DNA of 64,000 nt from Clostridia bacterium (GCA_017452445.1 JAFTMH010000002.1:202657-266656); one strand, 5' to 3'; counted from the stretch's first letter, positions 49,860 to 58,167 are shown. Notes: generated by a model from the letters alone, not told the origin. Program-made: numbers and translations.

Positions 49860-51161
49860 TTAAGGTTTCAATCTGCTTGGTCCACGGAAGAGGAAGATGC
49901 TGTCTTTAAGTGATTGCAAATCCAAAAGTTTTGAAATAAATCTGTCAATTCCAAAACCAATTCCGCCGTGTGTAGGGCAACCGTATTTGAAGAATTCGAG
50001 ATAATCAGCCATTTTTGAACTGTCAATTCCGTGTTCTTCGATTTGTTGTTTGAGTTGTGTATATCTGTGTTCTCTGACAGCACCACTGTTCATTTCCCAA
50101 CCTCTATATAACATATCAAAACCCATACAGTCAAACGAATCGTCTGTGATTTTCTTTGAATAGAATGCTCTTGCTTCTGCTGGATAATCTGTGATAAACA
50201 CAAATTCGCTGTCAAGGTAATCTCTTGTATATTCGCAAATCAACTTTTCTGCTTCTGGGTCAAGGTCAAGTTGTTTTTCTTCTGGTGTTTCAATTCCGTA
50301 AACATCTCTAAAGATTTGGAAAACTTCTTTAAGTTTAAGTCTTGGGATCTTTGTTGGCACTTTGACTTCAACATCAAAAATCTCTTTGATTTGTGTGCCA
50401 TAAGTTTCTTTGATTTTTCTCATAACATAAAGCATCCAATCTTCTTCAACATCAATCACATCGTGATGAGATTTCACATGGGCGATTTCAAAGTCCAAAC
50501 AAACTGCTTCGGCAGTGTGTCTTGCTGTGAATGATTTTTCGGCTCTGTAATAAGGTCCAATTTCAAACACTTTGTCAAAACCACTTGCGATTGCCATTTG
50601 TTTGTAGAATTGTGGACTTTGTGTCAAATATGCTTTTTGTCCATAATAGTCAAGAGTGAAAACTTCTGCACCACCTTCAGAGCATTGAGAAGTGATTTTT
50701 GGTGTGTGGATTTCGATATAACCACGGTCAACAAAATATTCTCTCATCTTTGATTCTGCAAAAGTTCTGATTTGGAAAATTAATCTTTGTTTTTGTTGTC
50801 TAAGATCAATCCATCTAAAGTCCATTTTAAGTTCGCCAGCAGTTTGCTCGTCAATTGGCAAATCTTCAGCCAAACTTTCAACTTCGATGCCAGAAGGCAC
50901 GAGTTCGATTTGTCCCAATTTTACACAAGGTGCAGAAACGACTTTTCCCCAAATTGTCACAACACTGTGGCGAGAGATTTTGTCAAAATCTTCAGTTGCA
51001 AGTTCGGCGATTTTGTCTTTTTCAATTGCAACTTGAATGCTTCCTGTTGTGTCTGTCACAACGAGAAACATCATTGTTTTTTGTTCTCTAATTTTTTCGA
51101 TCCAACCTGAGATTTTGCAAATTTCATCAACTTGGACATCTTTAATATAAGTTCTTTTCAT
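49860..51161 (-). CDS. aspS: aspartate--tRNA ligase, archaeal/type-2 form, probably non-discriminating
   Basis: 433-aa class IIb synthetase with an OB-fold N-terminus, QSPQFYKQ, YRAEKSFTARH, GIGFGIDR and the C-terminus FRGPSRLKP. It sits 10 nt upstream of gatCAB. AsnRS cannot be fully excluded by eye. Confidence 0.75.
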   Translation of the reverse strand: MKRTYIKDVQVDEICKISGWIEKIREQKTMMFLVVTDTTGSIQVAIEKDKIAELATEDFDKISRHSVVTIWGKVVSAPCVKLGQIELVPSGIEVESLAEDLPIDEQTAGELKMDFRWIDLRQQKQRLIFQIRTFAESKMREYFVDRGYIEIHTPKITSQCSEGGAEVFTLDYYGQKAYLTQSPQFYKQMAIASGFDKVFEIGPYYRAEKSFTARHTAEAVCLDFEIAHVKSHHDVIDVEEDWMLYVMRKIKETYGTQIKEIFDVEVKVPTKIPRLKLKEVFQIFRDVYGIETPEEKQLDLDPEAEKLICEYTRDYLDSEFVFITDYPAEARAFYSKKITDDSFDCMGFDMLYRGWEMNSGAVREHRYTQLKQQIEEHGIDSSKMADYLEFFKYGCPTHGGIGFGIDRFISKLLDLQSLKDSIFLFRGPSRLKP

Positions 51162-51319
51162 TTTATTATCTTCCTTTTTAATTTAATTTGATTTTTTTGT
51201 TTGGTTTTGCGGAAACCAACACCGTCCTAAAATTTTATATCTTCACTGCCCTTTGGGGCATTATTAAATTTGTGATAGAAGTTTGTTTTCATTGTTTTCT
51301 CCAATTTTTCTTTATTTAA

Positions 51320-51353
51320 CAAAAAAGAGCAGATGTGGGTTCCATCTGCTCTT
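51320..51353 (-). terminator. intrinsic terminator of the aspS leader (attenuator)
   Basis: Minus strand: AAGAGCAGATG / CATCTGCTCTT (11-bp stem), loop GAACCCA, then TTTTTTG. It is located between the leader ORF and aspS. Confidence 0.75.
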
Positions 51354-51379
51354 AGTTTAATTTTTATTTTCCGTTTTGA

Positions 51380-51466
51380 TTAAACGGCATAACAAAAGGA
51401 ACCCATTAAGTTTAATGTGTTGAAATTGTTATTATTGTTATTAACCAAAACAAACAATTTAGACAT
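51380..51466 (-). CDS. Asn-rich leader peptide (28 codons) of aspS-gatCAB
   Basis: AAGGAG (51480-51475) lies 8 nt before ATG 51466. The peptide is MSKLFVLVNNNNNNFNTLNLMGSFCYAV, with stop TAA 51382-51380. Six consecutive Asn codons occupy 51442-51425. Confidence 0.65.
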   Translation of the reverse strand: MSKLFVLVNNNNNNFNTLNLMGSFCYAV

Positions 51467-51500
51467 AAGTCTGGCTCCTTAAATTTATATTTACGATGTT

Positions 51501-51529
51501 ATTATACCACTGTTGACAATTTATGTCAA
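51501..51529 (-). promoter_or_regulatory. consensus sigma-A promoter of the aspS-gatCAB leader
   Basis: Minus strand: TTGACA (51529-51524), exact 17-nt spacer, TATAAT (51506-51501). Confidence 0.75.
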
Positions 51530-51648
51530 CACTTTTTTTGCTTTTCCGTTTTGAAAAACGATGCTCGTGTGCTATATATAATATATATTATAAGTGAAAC
51601 ATTTTCATCTATCACTGTCAAATTTTTCACAAAAACAAAGGAGAAAAA

Positions 51649-53103
51649 ATGAAAGAGTTTGGTGTTTTGTGTCATATTACTTGCTTGCCATCAAAAACGG
51701 GGCTTGGAGATTTTGGAAAAGTAAGTTTTGAATTTTTAGATTTTTTGAAATCTCAAAAGCTTTCTTTATGGCAAATTTTGCCACTCAACAATGCCAACGA
51801 ATTTAATTGCCCTTATGGACCACTCAGCACTCAAGCAATTGACGAAATGTTTGTTGATTTGGACGATTTGAAAGATAGGGGACTTCTTGAAGAGAAAGAA
51901 TACAAACATCTTTACAAATTCAAAAACACAAAAAAGGTTAAGTATGCAAAGATAAGACCAGAAAAAGAAAGGTTGTTTGCTGTTGCATATTCAAGATTGG
52001 ACGAAAAGAGCAAAAAGAAACTTTTGACTGTCGCGAAAGTAAATAAACATTTTTACGAATATGCTTACTATCGCACAATGCTTAAAAAATTCAACCAAAA
52101 GAGTTGGAGATTTGTAGAAGATAAATATTGGGATATTTACGGCAAGGTTGGACAAAAGTTTGTTAAAGACAACAAAGACGAATTTTTGAAGTTTGTTTTC
52201 TTTCAACAAGTTTTGAGACAACAATGGCAAAAAGTGAAAGATTATGCAAATGGTCTTGGCATAAAAATTATGGGTGATGTGCCAATGTATTGCGACAAAG
52301 ATAGTGTTGATGTTTTTGCTGGCAAAGAGTGGTTTAAGTTGGACGACAACTGTATGCCAACTGTTACGGCAGGTTGCCCACCAGATGTGTTTTCTTCGGT
52401 GGGACAAGATTGGCAAACTTGCATTTATCAATGGGACAAAATGAAAAAAGACAACTTTTCGTATATGGTAGAAAGGTTGACTTCGCTTTTGGGCAAATAT
52501 GACTTGTTGAGACTGGATCATTTTCCTGGATATGTAAGATATTATGAGCATGCAAAAGCACCGGGCACAAAAACTCAATATGTTGATGGTGGTGGAGTTG
52601 CATTTTTCAAACAACTTCAAAAGACAGTTGATTTTAAGCAGTTGTTTGTTGAAGATTTGAGCGATGAAAACAGTGCGACGGGCAAAGTGATAAAACAATT
52701 TTCACTTAGAAGAATGAATGTTTTGCAGTATGGTTTTGACACTGACAACACAAATCCACATTTGCCACAAAATGTGATCGAAAACACTGTTTATTACACA
52801 GGCACTCACGACAGCGCAACATTTTTGGGTTGCTTGAAAAATCAAAATAAGCAACAGGTTGAAAAAATAAAAAAGATGATCGGTTCGCAAGCAAACAATC
52901 TTAAAGATTTGCAAATTGATTGCATCAATGCAATGCTTTCGTCAAAGGCTGAACTTGTTGTTTTGCAAGCACAAGATTTTATGATGCAAGATGAAAGATG
53001 GAGAATGAATTATCCGGGGGTTGCAGCAGGTTGTTGGGAATATCGTTTGTGCAAAAATTATCAAAAGAAGATGGCAAAGACAATTGAAAAGTTGAAATTT
53101 TAG
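51649..53103 (+). CDS. malQ: 4-alpha-glucanotransferase (amylomaltase, GH77)
   Basis: GH77 motifs: GVLCHITCLPSKTGLGDFG, the PLN...SPY-type segment, GIKIMGDVPMY and LRLDHFPGY. RBS is AAGGAGA. Confidence 0.85.
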   Translation: MKEFGVLCHITCLPSKTGLGDFGKVSFEFLDFLKSQKLSLWQILPLNNANEFNCPYGPLSTQAIDEMFVDLDDLKDRGLLEEKEYKHLYKFKNTKKVKYAKIRPEKERLFAVAYSRLDEKSKKKLLTVAKVNKHFYEYAYYRTMLKKFNQKSWRFVEDKYWDIYGKVGQKFVKDNKDEFLKFVFFQQVLRQQWQKVKDYANGLGIKIMGDVPMYCDKDSVDVFAGKEWFKLDDNCMPTVTAGCPPDVFSSVGQDWQTCIYQWDKMKKDNFSYMVERLTSLLGKYDLLRLDHFPGYVRYYEHAKAPGTKTQYVDGGGVAFFKQLQKTVDFKQLFVEDLSDENSATGKVIKQFSLRRMNVLQYGFDTDNTNPHLPQNVIENTVYYTGTHDSATFLGCLKNQNKQQVEKIKKMIGSQANNLKDLQIDCINAMLSSKAELVVLQAQDFMMQDERWRMNYPGVAAGCWEYRLCKNYQKKMAKTIEKLKF

Positions 53104-53113
53104 ACAAAGAAAA

Positions 53114-53139
53114 AGAAGGATGCGGGCCTTCTTTTTTTT
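53114..53139. terminator. bidirectional terminator (malQ / 53143 gene)
   Basis: Stem AGAAGG (53114-53119) / CCTTCT (53127-53132), loop ATGCGGG, T-run 53133-53139 and an A-run upstream. Confidence 0.7.
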
Positions 53140-53142
53140 GAT

Positions 53143-53547
53143 TTAGTTTATTTTTGAAAAATCGTTGCCTATTATTGTAGGGTTGAAACCAATAAGTTCG
53201 TCTTTGAGCATATTGTCAGGGATTGGGTTGACAAAGAAAATCTTTTTGTTCATTCTAAAAGCATCATAAATCTCTAAAAATGTTGCTCCACCAATATAGT
53301 TTTCTTGTCCGTTTTTGTTGAAGTTGAGCACCAAAACGGCATCAACATTTTTTATTGTTTCTTCCGATTGTCTATACATTTTTGCTTTGAAGATGTGGTG
53401 TTGTTCAGTGCCACGATATTTTGCCTCTGTCTCTGGAGCATCCCAGCAGTTTGGCATAAAAATTTTATGTCCCAAAGTTTCCAATTTCTGTTTGTATTCA
53501 GTCAAAGTTCCATAAAAGGCCTTGCTGCAGATTAAAAATATTTTCAT
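53143..53547 (-). CDS. nucleoside 2-deoxyribosyltransferase-like protein
   Basis: 134 aa with a Rossmann-like N-terminus (MKIFLICS). IGGATFLEIYDAF resembles the D/GxGTxxEhG motif of the NDT family. This is a weak call made by eye. Confidence 0.4.
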   Translation of the reverse strand: MKIFLICSKAFYGTLTEYKQKLETLGHKIFMPNCWDAPETEAKYRGTEQHHIFKAKMYRQSEETIKNVDAVLVLNFNKNGQENYIGGATFLEIYDAFRMNKKIFFVNPIPDNMLKDELIGFNPTIIGNDFSKIN

Positions 53548-53585
53548 TTTCTTCTCCCGATTGTGTGTTTTGATTTTTAGACAAA

Positions 53586-54248
53586 TTAAAGCAAATTTAA
53601 GTTTGCCAACTTTTTGTCGGTGTAATCCTTGATTGTAAGGGTTGTGATTGATTTGATTTTGTCTGCATTTTTCTTGTTGTATTTATGCACAATTCCACAA
53701 CTTTCGATGTTGAGAGAATGAGCACTTGTCAGTGATGCAAACGAATCTTCAAACAAGAAAATGTCACTTGCTTGGCATTTCAATTGTTTCAAACACTCTT
53801 CATAAAATTGCACACTTCTTTTTGGTTGAGCCAAACTTTCTTCAGTGTAGATATGATCGAAATGCATATCCAAACCATAATGTTTAAGAGCGATTTCCAA
53901 AAGGTATTTGCTGGTTGCAGAGACAAGCACGAGCGAATATCCCTTTGCTTTAAGATTGTTGAGCAATTCTCTTACACCTTTGATGAGTTTTATTTTGTGG
54001 GTGTAATAATATTCCATACGATTGTTCCAGAAATCAACAACTTCTTGTGCTTGCACATCTTGCAATTTTGTAAGGTCGATAAAAAGTTGTGCGATTTCGT
54101 GATTGCTTAAACCTTTTCGCAAAGTGAGAATATCTTTAACAAATTTTACATTCCAATATTTGAATGCTTCTTTGTGCATAACTTTATACCAAAGTGTGAG
54201 CGAGTCAACAAGAGTGTTGTCAAAATCAAAGAGAATGTATTTTTTCAT
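53586..54248 (-). CDS. HAD-superfamily hydrolase
   Basis: Motif I is ILFDFDNTLVDS, and downstream SATS and EDS motifs are typical of HAD-IA phosphatases. Confidence 0.8.
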   Translation of the reverse strand: MKKYILFDFDNTLVDSLTLWYKVMHKEAFKYWNVKFVKDILTLRKGLSNHEIAQLFIDLTKLQDVQAQEVVDFWNNRMEYYYTHKIKLIKGVRELLNNLKAKGYSLVLVSATSKYLLEIALKHYGLDMHFDHIYTEESLAQPKRSVQFYEECLKQLKCQASDIFLFEDSFASLTSAHSLNIESCGIVHKYNKKNADKIKSITTLTIKDYTDKKLANLNLL

Positions 54249-54259
54249 AAGCAGTCCTT

Positions 54260-55027
54260 TTAGTTGGATAAAATTTCATTTGTCTCATCATACAACAATT
54301 TCACAAAAGAAGCAAATTCTTCTTTTGAAAAGTTTGAGCCTCTTGGTGGGAAACATTCCAAACAGTTTGAGCAATTTTTGATTTCTGTAAGTTGCTTTGC
54401 AAAATAAGCAAGATCAATTTCTCCTTCTTTTGGTGATTGATGAGTGTCTTGTCCAAAATTGTTGTGTATGTGCGAGCAGATTACATAAGGTTTGCATTGT
54501 TCAAACAACTGCTTTTCATCTGCATAACAATGAGCATGTCCAACATCAAAACAAACGGCAACATTTTTAAGTCCAAGTCGCAAGATGCTGAAAAGGTTTG
54601 TGCAGTTTCTTACATTTTCAAGACAGAGTATGGCAGGCTGATTGTCAAATTTGTTCATCATTTTTTCAAACTTGTCAAGTTGGGTGTCGTTCAACAATGG
54701 AGGAGTGTCTCCTTTTGAAGCATGGGCGACAACATATTTAATGTCAAGATTGTTTGCTTCGGCAAGTTTTTGCGAGATATAGTCAAAATATTCGTTTGTG
54801 GTTGGGTCGCAAATTGCATTTGACAAATGATAATCCAAATGCACTTGATTTACAGTTAAGCCGATTTTTCGAGCATAGTTGATGATGTCAACATAATTTT
54901 CATCACTGCGATTATGCTTGCTGTCAAGATAAAGTGCAACTTCATCAAACCCTGTTTGTTTGTAAATTTCCAATCTTTCGCTAAAAGGCAAATCACTGCA
55001 AAGATTTAAGTCGTAAATGCCAAACAT
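54260..55027 (-). CDS. sugar phosphate isomerase/epimerase (xylose isomerase-like TIM barrel, AP_endonuc_2 family)
   Basis: The pattern VVAHASKG, LCLENV, VCFDVGHAH and SHIHNN...H is typical of this TIM-barrel metal-enzyme family. Confidence 0.65.
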   Translation of the reverse strand: MFGIYDLNLCSDLPFSERLEIYKQTGFDEVALYLDSKHNRSDENYVDIINYARKIGLTVNQVHLDYHLSNAICDPTTNEYFDYISQKLAEANNLDIKYVVAHASKGDTPPLLNDTQLDKFEKMMNKFDNQPAILCLENVRNCTNLFSILRLGLKNVAVCFDVGHAHCYADEKQLFEQCKPYVICSHIHNNFGQDTHQSPKEGEIDLAYFAKQLTEIKNCSNCLECFPPRGSNFSKEEFASFVKLLYDETNEILSN

Positions 55028-55043
55028 ACTTATCTCCTTTGAT

Positions 55044-55550
55044 TTAGTTTTCCAAAATGTAAATGTCTTTCAAATTGCGATATTGCTCGTTGTAGTCAAG
55101 CCCAAAGCCGACAACAAACAAATCTTCAATGACCTTGCCAACAAAATCTGCTTCAAACTCAATTTTTCTTCTGCTAGGTTTGTCGAGCAAGGCGACAAAA
55201 GTCAATGAATTTGGATTTCGTTTTTCAAGTTCTGTTTTAAGACAACTGAGAGTTGTGCCTGTGTCAACAATGTCTTCAACAATGATGACATCTCTGCCAG
55301 CGATATCAAAATCCAAATCTTTTTTGATGTTTATTTTGCCTGTGCTTTGTGTGCCCACATAACTTTTGACTTGGATATAATCTGCTTCGATTTGCATATC
55401 CAAATGTTTCATAAGTTCGCTGTGAAACGGTGCTGCACCTTTGAGCACACAAGACACAATAGGGTTTTTGCCAGCAAATTTTTTTGTAAGTTGATTGCCG
55501 ATTGTTTTGCAAATGTCAACAATCTCTTCGTGTGGTATCAAAACTTTCAT
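55044..55550 (-). CDS. hpt: hypoxanthine phosphoribosyltransferase
   Basis: PRPP-binding motif VIIVEDIVDTGTTL with typical length and order of motifs. The start ATG overlaps the upstream TGA stop (ATGA). RBS is AAGGAGA. Confidence 0.9.
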   Translation of the reverse strand: MKVLIPHEEIVDICKTIGNQLTKKFAGKNPIVSCVLKGAAPFHSELMKHLDMQIEADYIQVKSYVGTQSTGKINIKKDLDFDIAGRDVIIVEDIVDTGTTLSCLKTELEKRNPNSLTFVALLDKPSRRKIEFEADFVGKVIEDLFVVGFGLDYNEQYRNLKDIYILEN

Positions 55551-56632
55551 AATTGTTCTCCTTTTGTAAGATAATTGATTGCATAATCAAGTTGCGGGTC
55601 GCTGTTGTTTTGAATGTGAGTTATGGATTTTTCAATCAAAACATCTGGTTGGATCGAACCTTCATATCCAAAAATTTCGCTAAAATCCCAAAGGCGAATA
55701 GAGTAGCAAAATTTTTTATCTTCAACTTCACTTCTTTCAGTGTAACCATAGGATTTGGCAGCACCGCCGGTTGGTTCGCCAATCAAAAGAGTGTTGAAAT
55801 ATCGCTTAAATCTTGCAACAGCAAATCTTCCACTTGAAAAAACTTTTCCATCAATCAAAAGCACACCGTCAAGATGTTTTTCTTTCACGAGATCTTGAAA
55901 TGGGTTAAGGATTTCAGAATTTCCACCACTGTTGCCTCTCAAATCTAAAATATATTTTGAGATGCCACGGTTTTCAATTTCGATTTCGATTTGTTTTACA
56001 AAGTCTTCAAACGAAAGATTGTCATCATTTCGGCAAGCAGAATATCTTACATACAAAATGTTGTTGTCTAAAAGGTTGAAATCATAACTTGTTCTGTTTG
56101 CTCTTTTTGTAGATTGCTTTTTCTCAAATTCTTCATCAGACAAAAAGTTTACTTCAACGATTTCTGTTTGCCCTTCAACTTCAAAATGAAGTGGGGGACA
56201 GGTTATGCCAAGCATTTGATAAAAATATCCGTTTTGAAAACCTCTTTCAATTTTGCAATCTTTCCATGGTTGTGTTTCAAAGTTTGACATTTGCACAATT
56301 TGTTCTGCCAAGTCACTTACGGACTTTCCGTTTATTGAAACAACCCTTTTCCAAGTTTCGTTGTCTTTGATATACAAGTGTTGTTGATTGAAAATCACGG
56401 AGTGAGAAAGTTCTGTGTGTTTAATAAAATAAGATGTGTGTGCATCTTTGAACAATGCAAAAACTTTCAACATTTCTCTGTCAAAAGAGATGTCGTCCAA
56501 CATCTTCCAATCAACAGAAGAAAGATAAGAGGACAGTGCTTCCTTAGAAATGTCGTGATATAAATTTAAGTGTCCACTTTCACACTTTTCAATTATGTTT
56601 TTACAAAGTTCAAAATAGTCAATCTTGTTCAT
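55547..56632 (-). CDS. S41 family peptidase
   Basis: ILDLRGNSGGNSE and a downstream SSGR segment are typical of S41 (C-terminal processing peptidase-like) enzymes. The start is uncertain (ATG 56632 chosen; listed TTG 56671). It is the only host gene here ending in TGA. Confidence 0.65.
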   Translation of the reverse strand: MNKIDYFELCKNIIEKCESGHLNLYHDISKEALSSYLSSVDWKMLDDISFDREMLKVFALFKDAHTSYFIKHTELSHSVIFNQQHLYIKDNETWKRVVSINGKSVSDLAEQIVQMSNFETQPWKDCKIERGFQNGYFYQMLGITCPPLHFEVEGQTEIVEVNFLSDEEFEKKQSTKRANRTSYDFNLLDNNILYVRYSACRNDDNLSFEDFVKQIEIEIENRGISKYILDLRGNSGGNSEILNPFQDLVKEKHLDGVLLIDGKVFSSGRFAVARFKRYFNTLLIGEPTGGAAKSYGYTERSEVEDKKFCYSIRLWDFSEIFGYEGSIQPDVLIEKSITHIQNNSDPQLDYAINYLTKGEQL

Positions 56633-56723
56633 GCCACTATTATAGCAAAAGAGAGTCGAAAAGTTCAACAAATAAAAAAGAAAACTGCAGTTTACACAGT
56701 TTTCTTGTATGGATTGGTTATTT

Positions 56724-57245
56724 TTACATTTTGCCGTAAATTTTTAAGAATACAAAAAGGATTGCAAGGCAAAAACCTGCTGCGGCTGTCACAGAATAAA
56801 TGATTCCTGAAGCAAGATCCAATTTTTTGCTTGATGTTTTCTTTTGTTCTTCCTTAACAATTTCTTCTGCTTGTTCGCTAGTTCCAAGGTCTGCCGCTTC
56901 AACAAGAGCCCCAGCAACTTTTCTTTCTACGACATCATCAACATATGTGCGAGCGATATTCTTAAATGCAATGGTTCCGTAGAGTGCATTGGTTTTGATT
57001 GATGTATAAAGACAAGCAACACAAAAGATTGTTGAAACGACTGCCCAGCCGAAGTGTTTTGAGAAAAGGTCACAAGTGAAACATTCATACCACAAAGAGC
57101 CTGCGATGAAGAGAGTGTTGAGCACTAAGTTTGTGATTTTTGCACCCTTGCTGGATTTTCTGTATATTTTCTCTTGAAATCTATATTGCGAACTTGGCCA
57201 GAAGAACCATTTGATAACCTTAAATATGCCAACAAAAAATTTCAT
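56724..57245 (-). CDS. hypothetical membrane protein
   Basis: Several hydrophobic helices and an acidic/lysine-rich loop. Start placed at ATG 57245 (MKFFVGIF), preceded by GGAGGA. No family recognised. Confidence 0.55.
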   Translation of the reverse strand: MKFFVGIFKVIKWFFWPSSQYRFQEKIYRKSSKGAKITNLVLNTLFIAGSLWYECFTCDLFSKHFGWAVVSTIFCVACLYTSIKTNALYGTIAFKNIARTYVDDVVERKVAGALVEAADLGTSEQAEEIVKEEQKKTSSKKLDLASGIIYSVTAAAGFCLAILFVFLKIYGKM

Positions 57246-57310
57246 ATTTTCCTCCAACGATATTAATATAATATCATATTTCTTCAAAAAAAAGAAACAA
57301 ATAACAAAAT

Positions 57311-57335
57311 AAAAAAAGAAACCTTTTCAGGCTTC
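57311..57335 (-). terminator. terminator downstream of the tRNA-Arg 3' end
   Basis: Minus strand: GAAGCC / GGTTTC (one G-U pair), loop TGAAAA, then T7. It works only in the minus (tRNA) orientation. Confidence 0.55.
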
Positions 57336-57339
57336 TTCT

Positions 57340-57384
57340 TGGTGCGTCGCAAGGGATTCGAACCCCTGACCTTTCGTTCCGTAG
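57340..57384 (-). tRNA. 3' fragment (anticodon loop to CCA) of tRNA-Arg(ACG); putative attachment-site remnant, not a complete gene
   Basis: Minus strand: CTACGGA (loop, anticodon ACG) ACGAA AGGTC AGGGGTTCGAATCCCTT GCGACGC A CCA. The 5 nt upstream (AGTAT) cannot pair with ACGAA, and no 5' acceptor GCGTCGC or D-arm follows. Confidence 0.7.
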
Positions 57385-57731
57385 ATACTTGATATATACA
57401 AAATTACTTTTGCACCAGAATGTAAGTTGTGTTATTTGCATAGGTTTTAGGGTGATTTTGTGTAACTTTTGCAAAAACAACTTATATTGATATAAGCATA
57501 TAACTTTTCTGAAAAATAGTCAATTTTTTTTATAAAAAGTTTTATAGTAAATTTATGTTAAGGCAAAAGCAATCCATTTAAATAATTTAAAGAACTTTTG
57601 TCACATTGAGTGAGCTCAAACTAAAAAGGTATTATTACATCCAAATTTAAAAACTTAAAAACAAAATTTTTGGCTGCTAAATTTATTGTAGAGTTGATAA
57701 AAGCTCGAAATTTATTAAGGAGAATAAAAGA

Positions 57732-58043
57732 ATGAAATTTGTAAAAGAATCAATTAGAAAAAATAGAATACCAAAAGGAATCAAAGAATCTTTATCCCCA
57801 TATAAAGATGATTTGATATCTCAAAGAATATATGAATATCTAGGTACATTGGATTTGTTTTTGTTTACATTAGAGTGCTATATTGAAGAAAGAAATGAAC
57901 TACTCAATGATGATAGCAACCAAAATAATTTAGATAATAATACACAAATCGGAGAGTATTTAATAGATGCTCTAAAATCTAAAGAATTAATTATGAACAA
58001 TTACCAAAGATTTCTTGGTTTAAATACAACAACTAAATTTTAG
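57732..58043 (+). CDS. hypothetical protein
   Basis: 103-aa ORF with AAGGAG 9 nt upstream of the ATG. No family recognised. Confidence 0.5.
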   Translation: MKFVKESIRKNRIPKGIKESLSPYKDDLISQRIYEYLGTLDLFLFTLECYIEERNELLNDDSNQNNLDNNTQIGEYLIDALKSKELIMNNYQRFLGLNTTTKF

Positions 58044-58167
58044 TTAAATCTTATCTTAACAACCTATAAAAAACAATGCCATAGATTTGTGACATTGTTT
58101 TTGTTCATTATTCCCAAACTGTTACAACTAAATTTACATAGTGTAAGAATTAATGCCAAGCACAAAA

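Noticed and set aside
51209-51227. Possible T-box riboswitch upstream of aspS (minus-strand GGACGGTGTTGGTTTCCGC).
   Set aside because: It only vaguely resembles the conserved T-box sequence (..GGGUGGUACCGCG..). I found no specifier-loop/AGAGA/GNUGGNA framework, and the adjacent hairpin is not followed by a U-run. The leader-peptide attenuator explains the region better.
51511-51539. Hairpin TGTTGACA-ATTTA-TGTCAACA followed by a T-run, read as a + strand terminator.
   Set aside because: No + strand gene ends upstream of it. The palindrome contains the -35 TTGACA of the minus-strand aspS leader promoter, which accounts for it.
51991-52698. 235-aa ORF antisense to malQ.
   Set aside because: malQ on the + strand has strong GH77 motifs. 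The antisense translation has no motifs or RBS.
1-57339. Idea that the host itself uses genetic code 4 (TGA=Trp).
   Set aside because: All host genes, including the 11,081-codon gene, are complete under the standard code with Trp as TGG. A TGA also serves as the stop in an ATGA overlap at 55547-55550.
57340-57420. Complete tRNA gene (or tRNA with intron) on the minus strand.
   Set aside because: No sequence able to form the 5' anticodon stem, D-arm or 5' acceptor (GCGTCGC) follows within about 100 nt. The break lies 5' of the anticodon loop, not at a typical intron position. I interpret it as a truncated att-site copy instead.
57274-57480. 68-aa ORF on the minus strand.
   Set aside because: It runs straight across the tRNA-Arg fragment and its terminator, and it has no RBS.
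57481-57496. Perfect palindrome CTTATAT-TG-ATATAAG near the island's left end, as a possible recombinase site.
   Set aside because: A short AT-only palindrome is expected by chance in this composition. Without the other island end or an integrase there is nothing to support a function.
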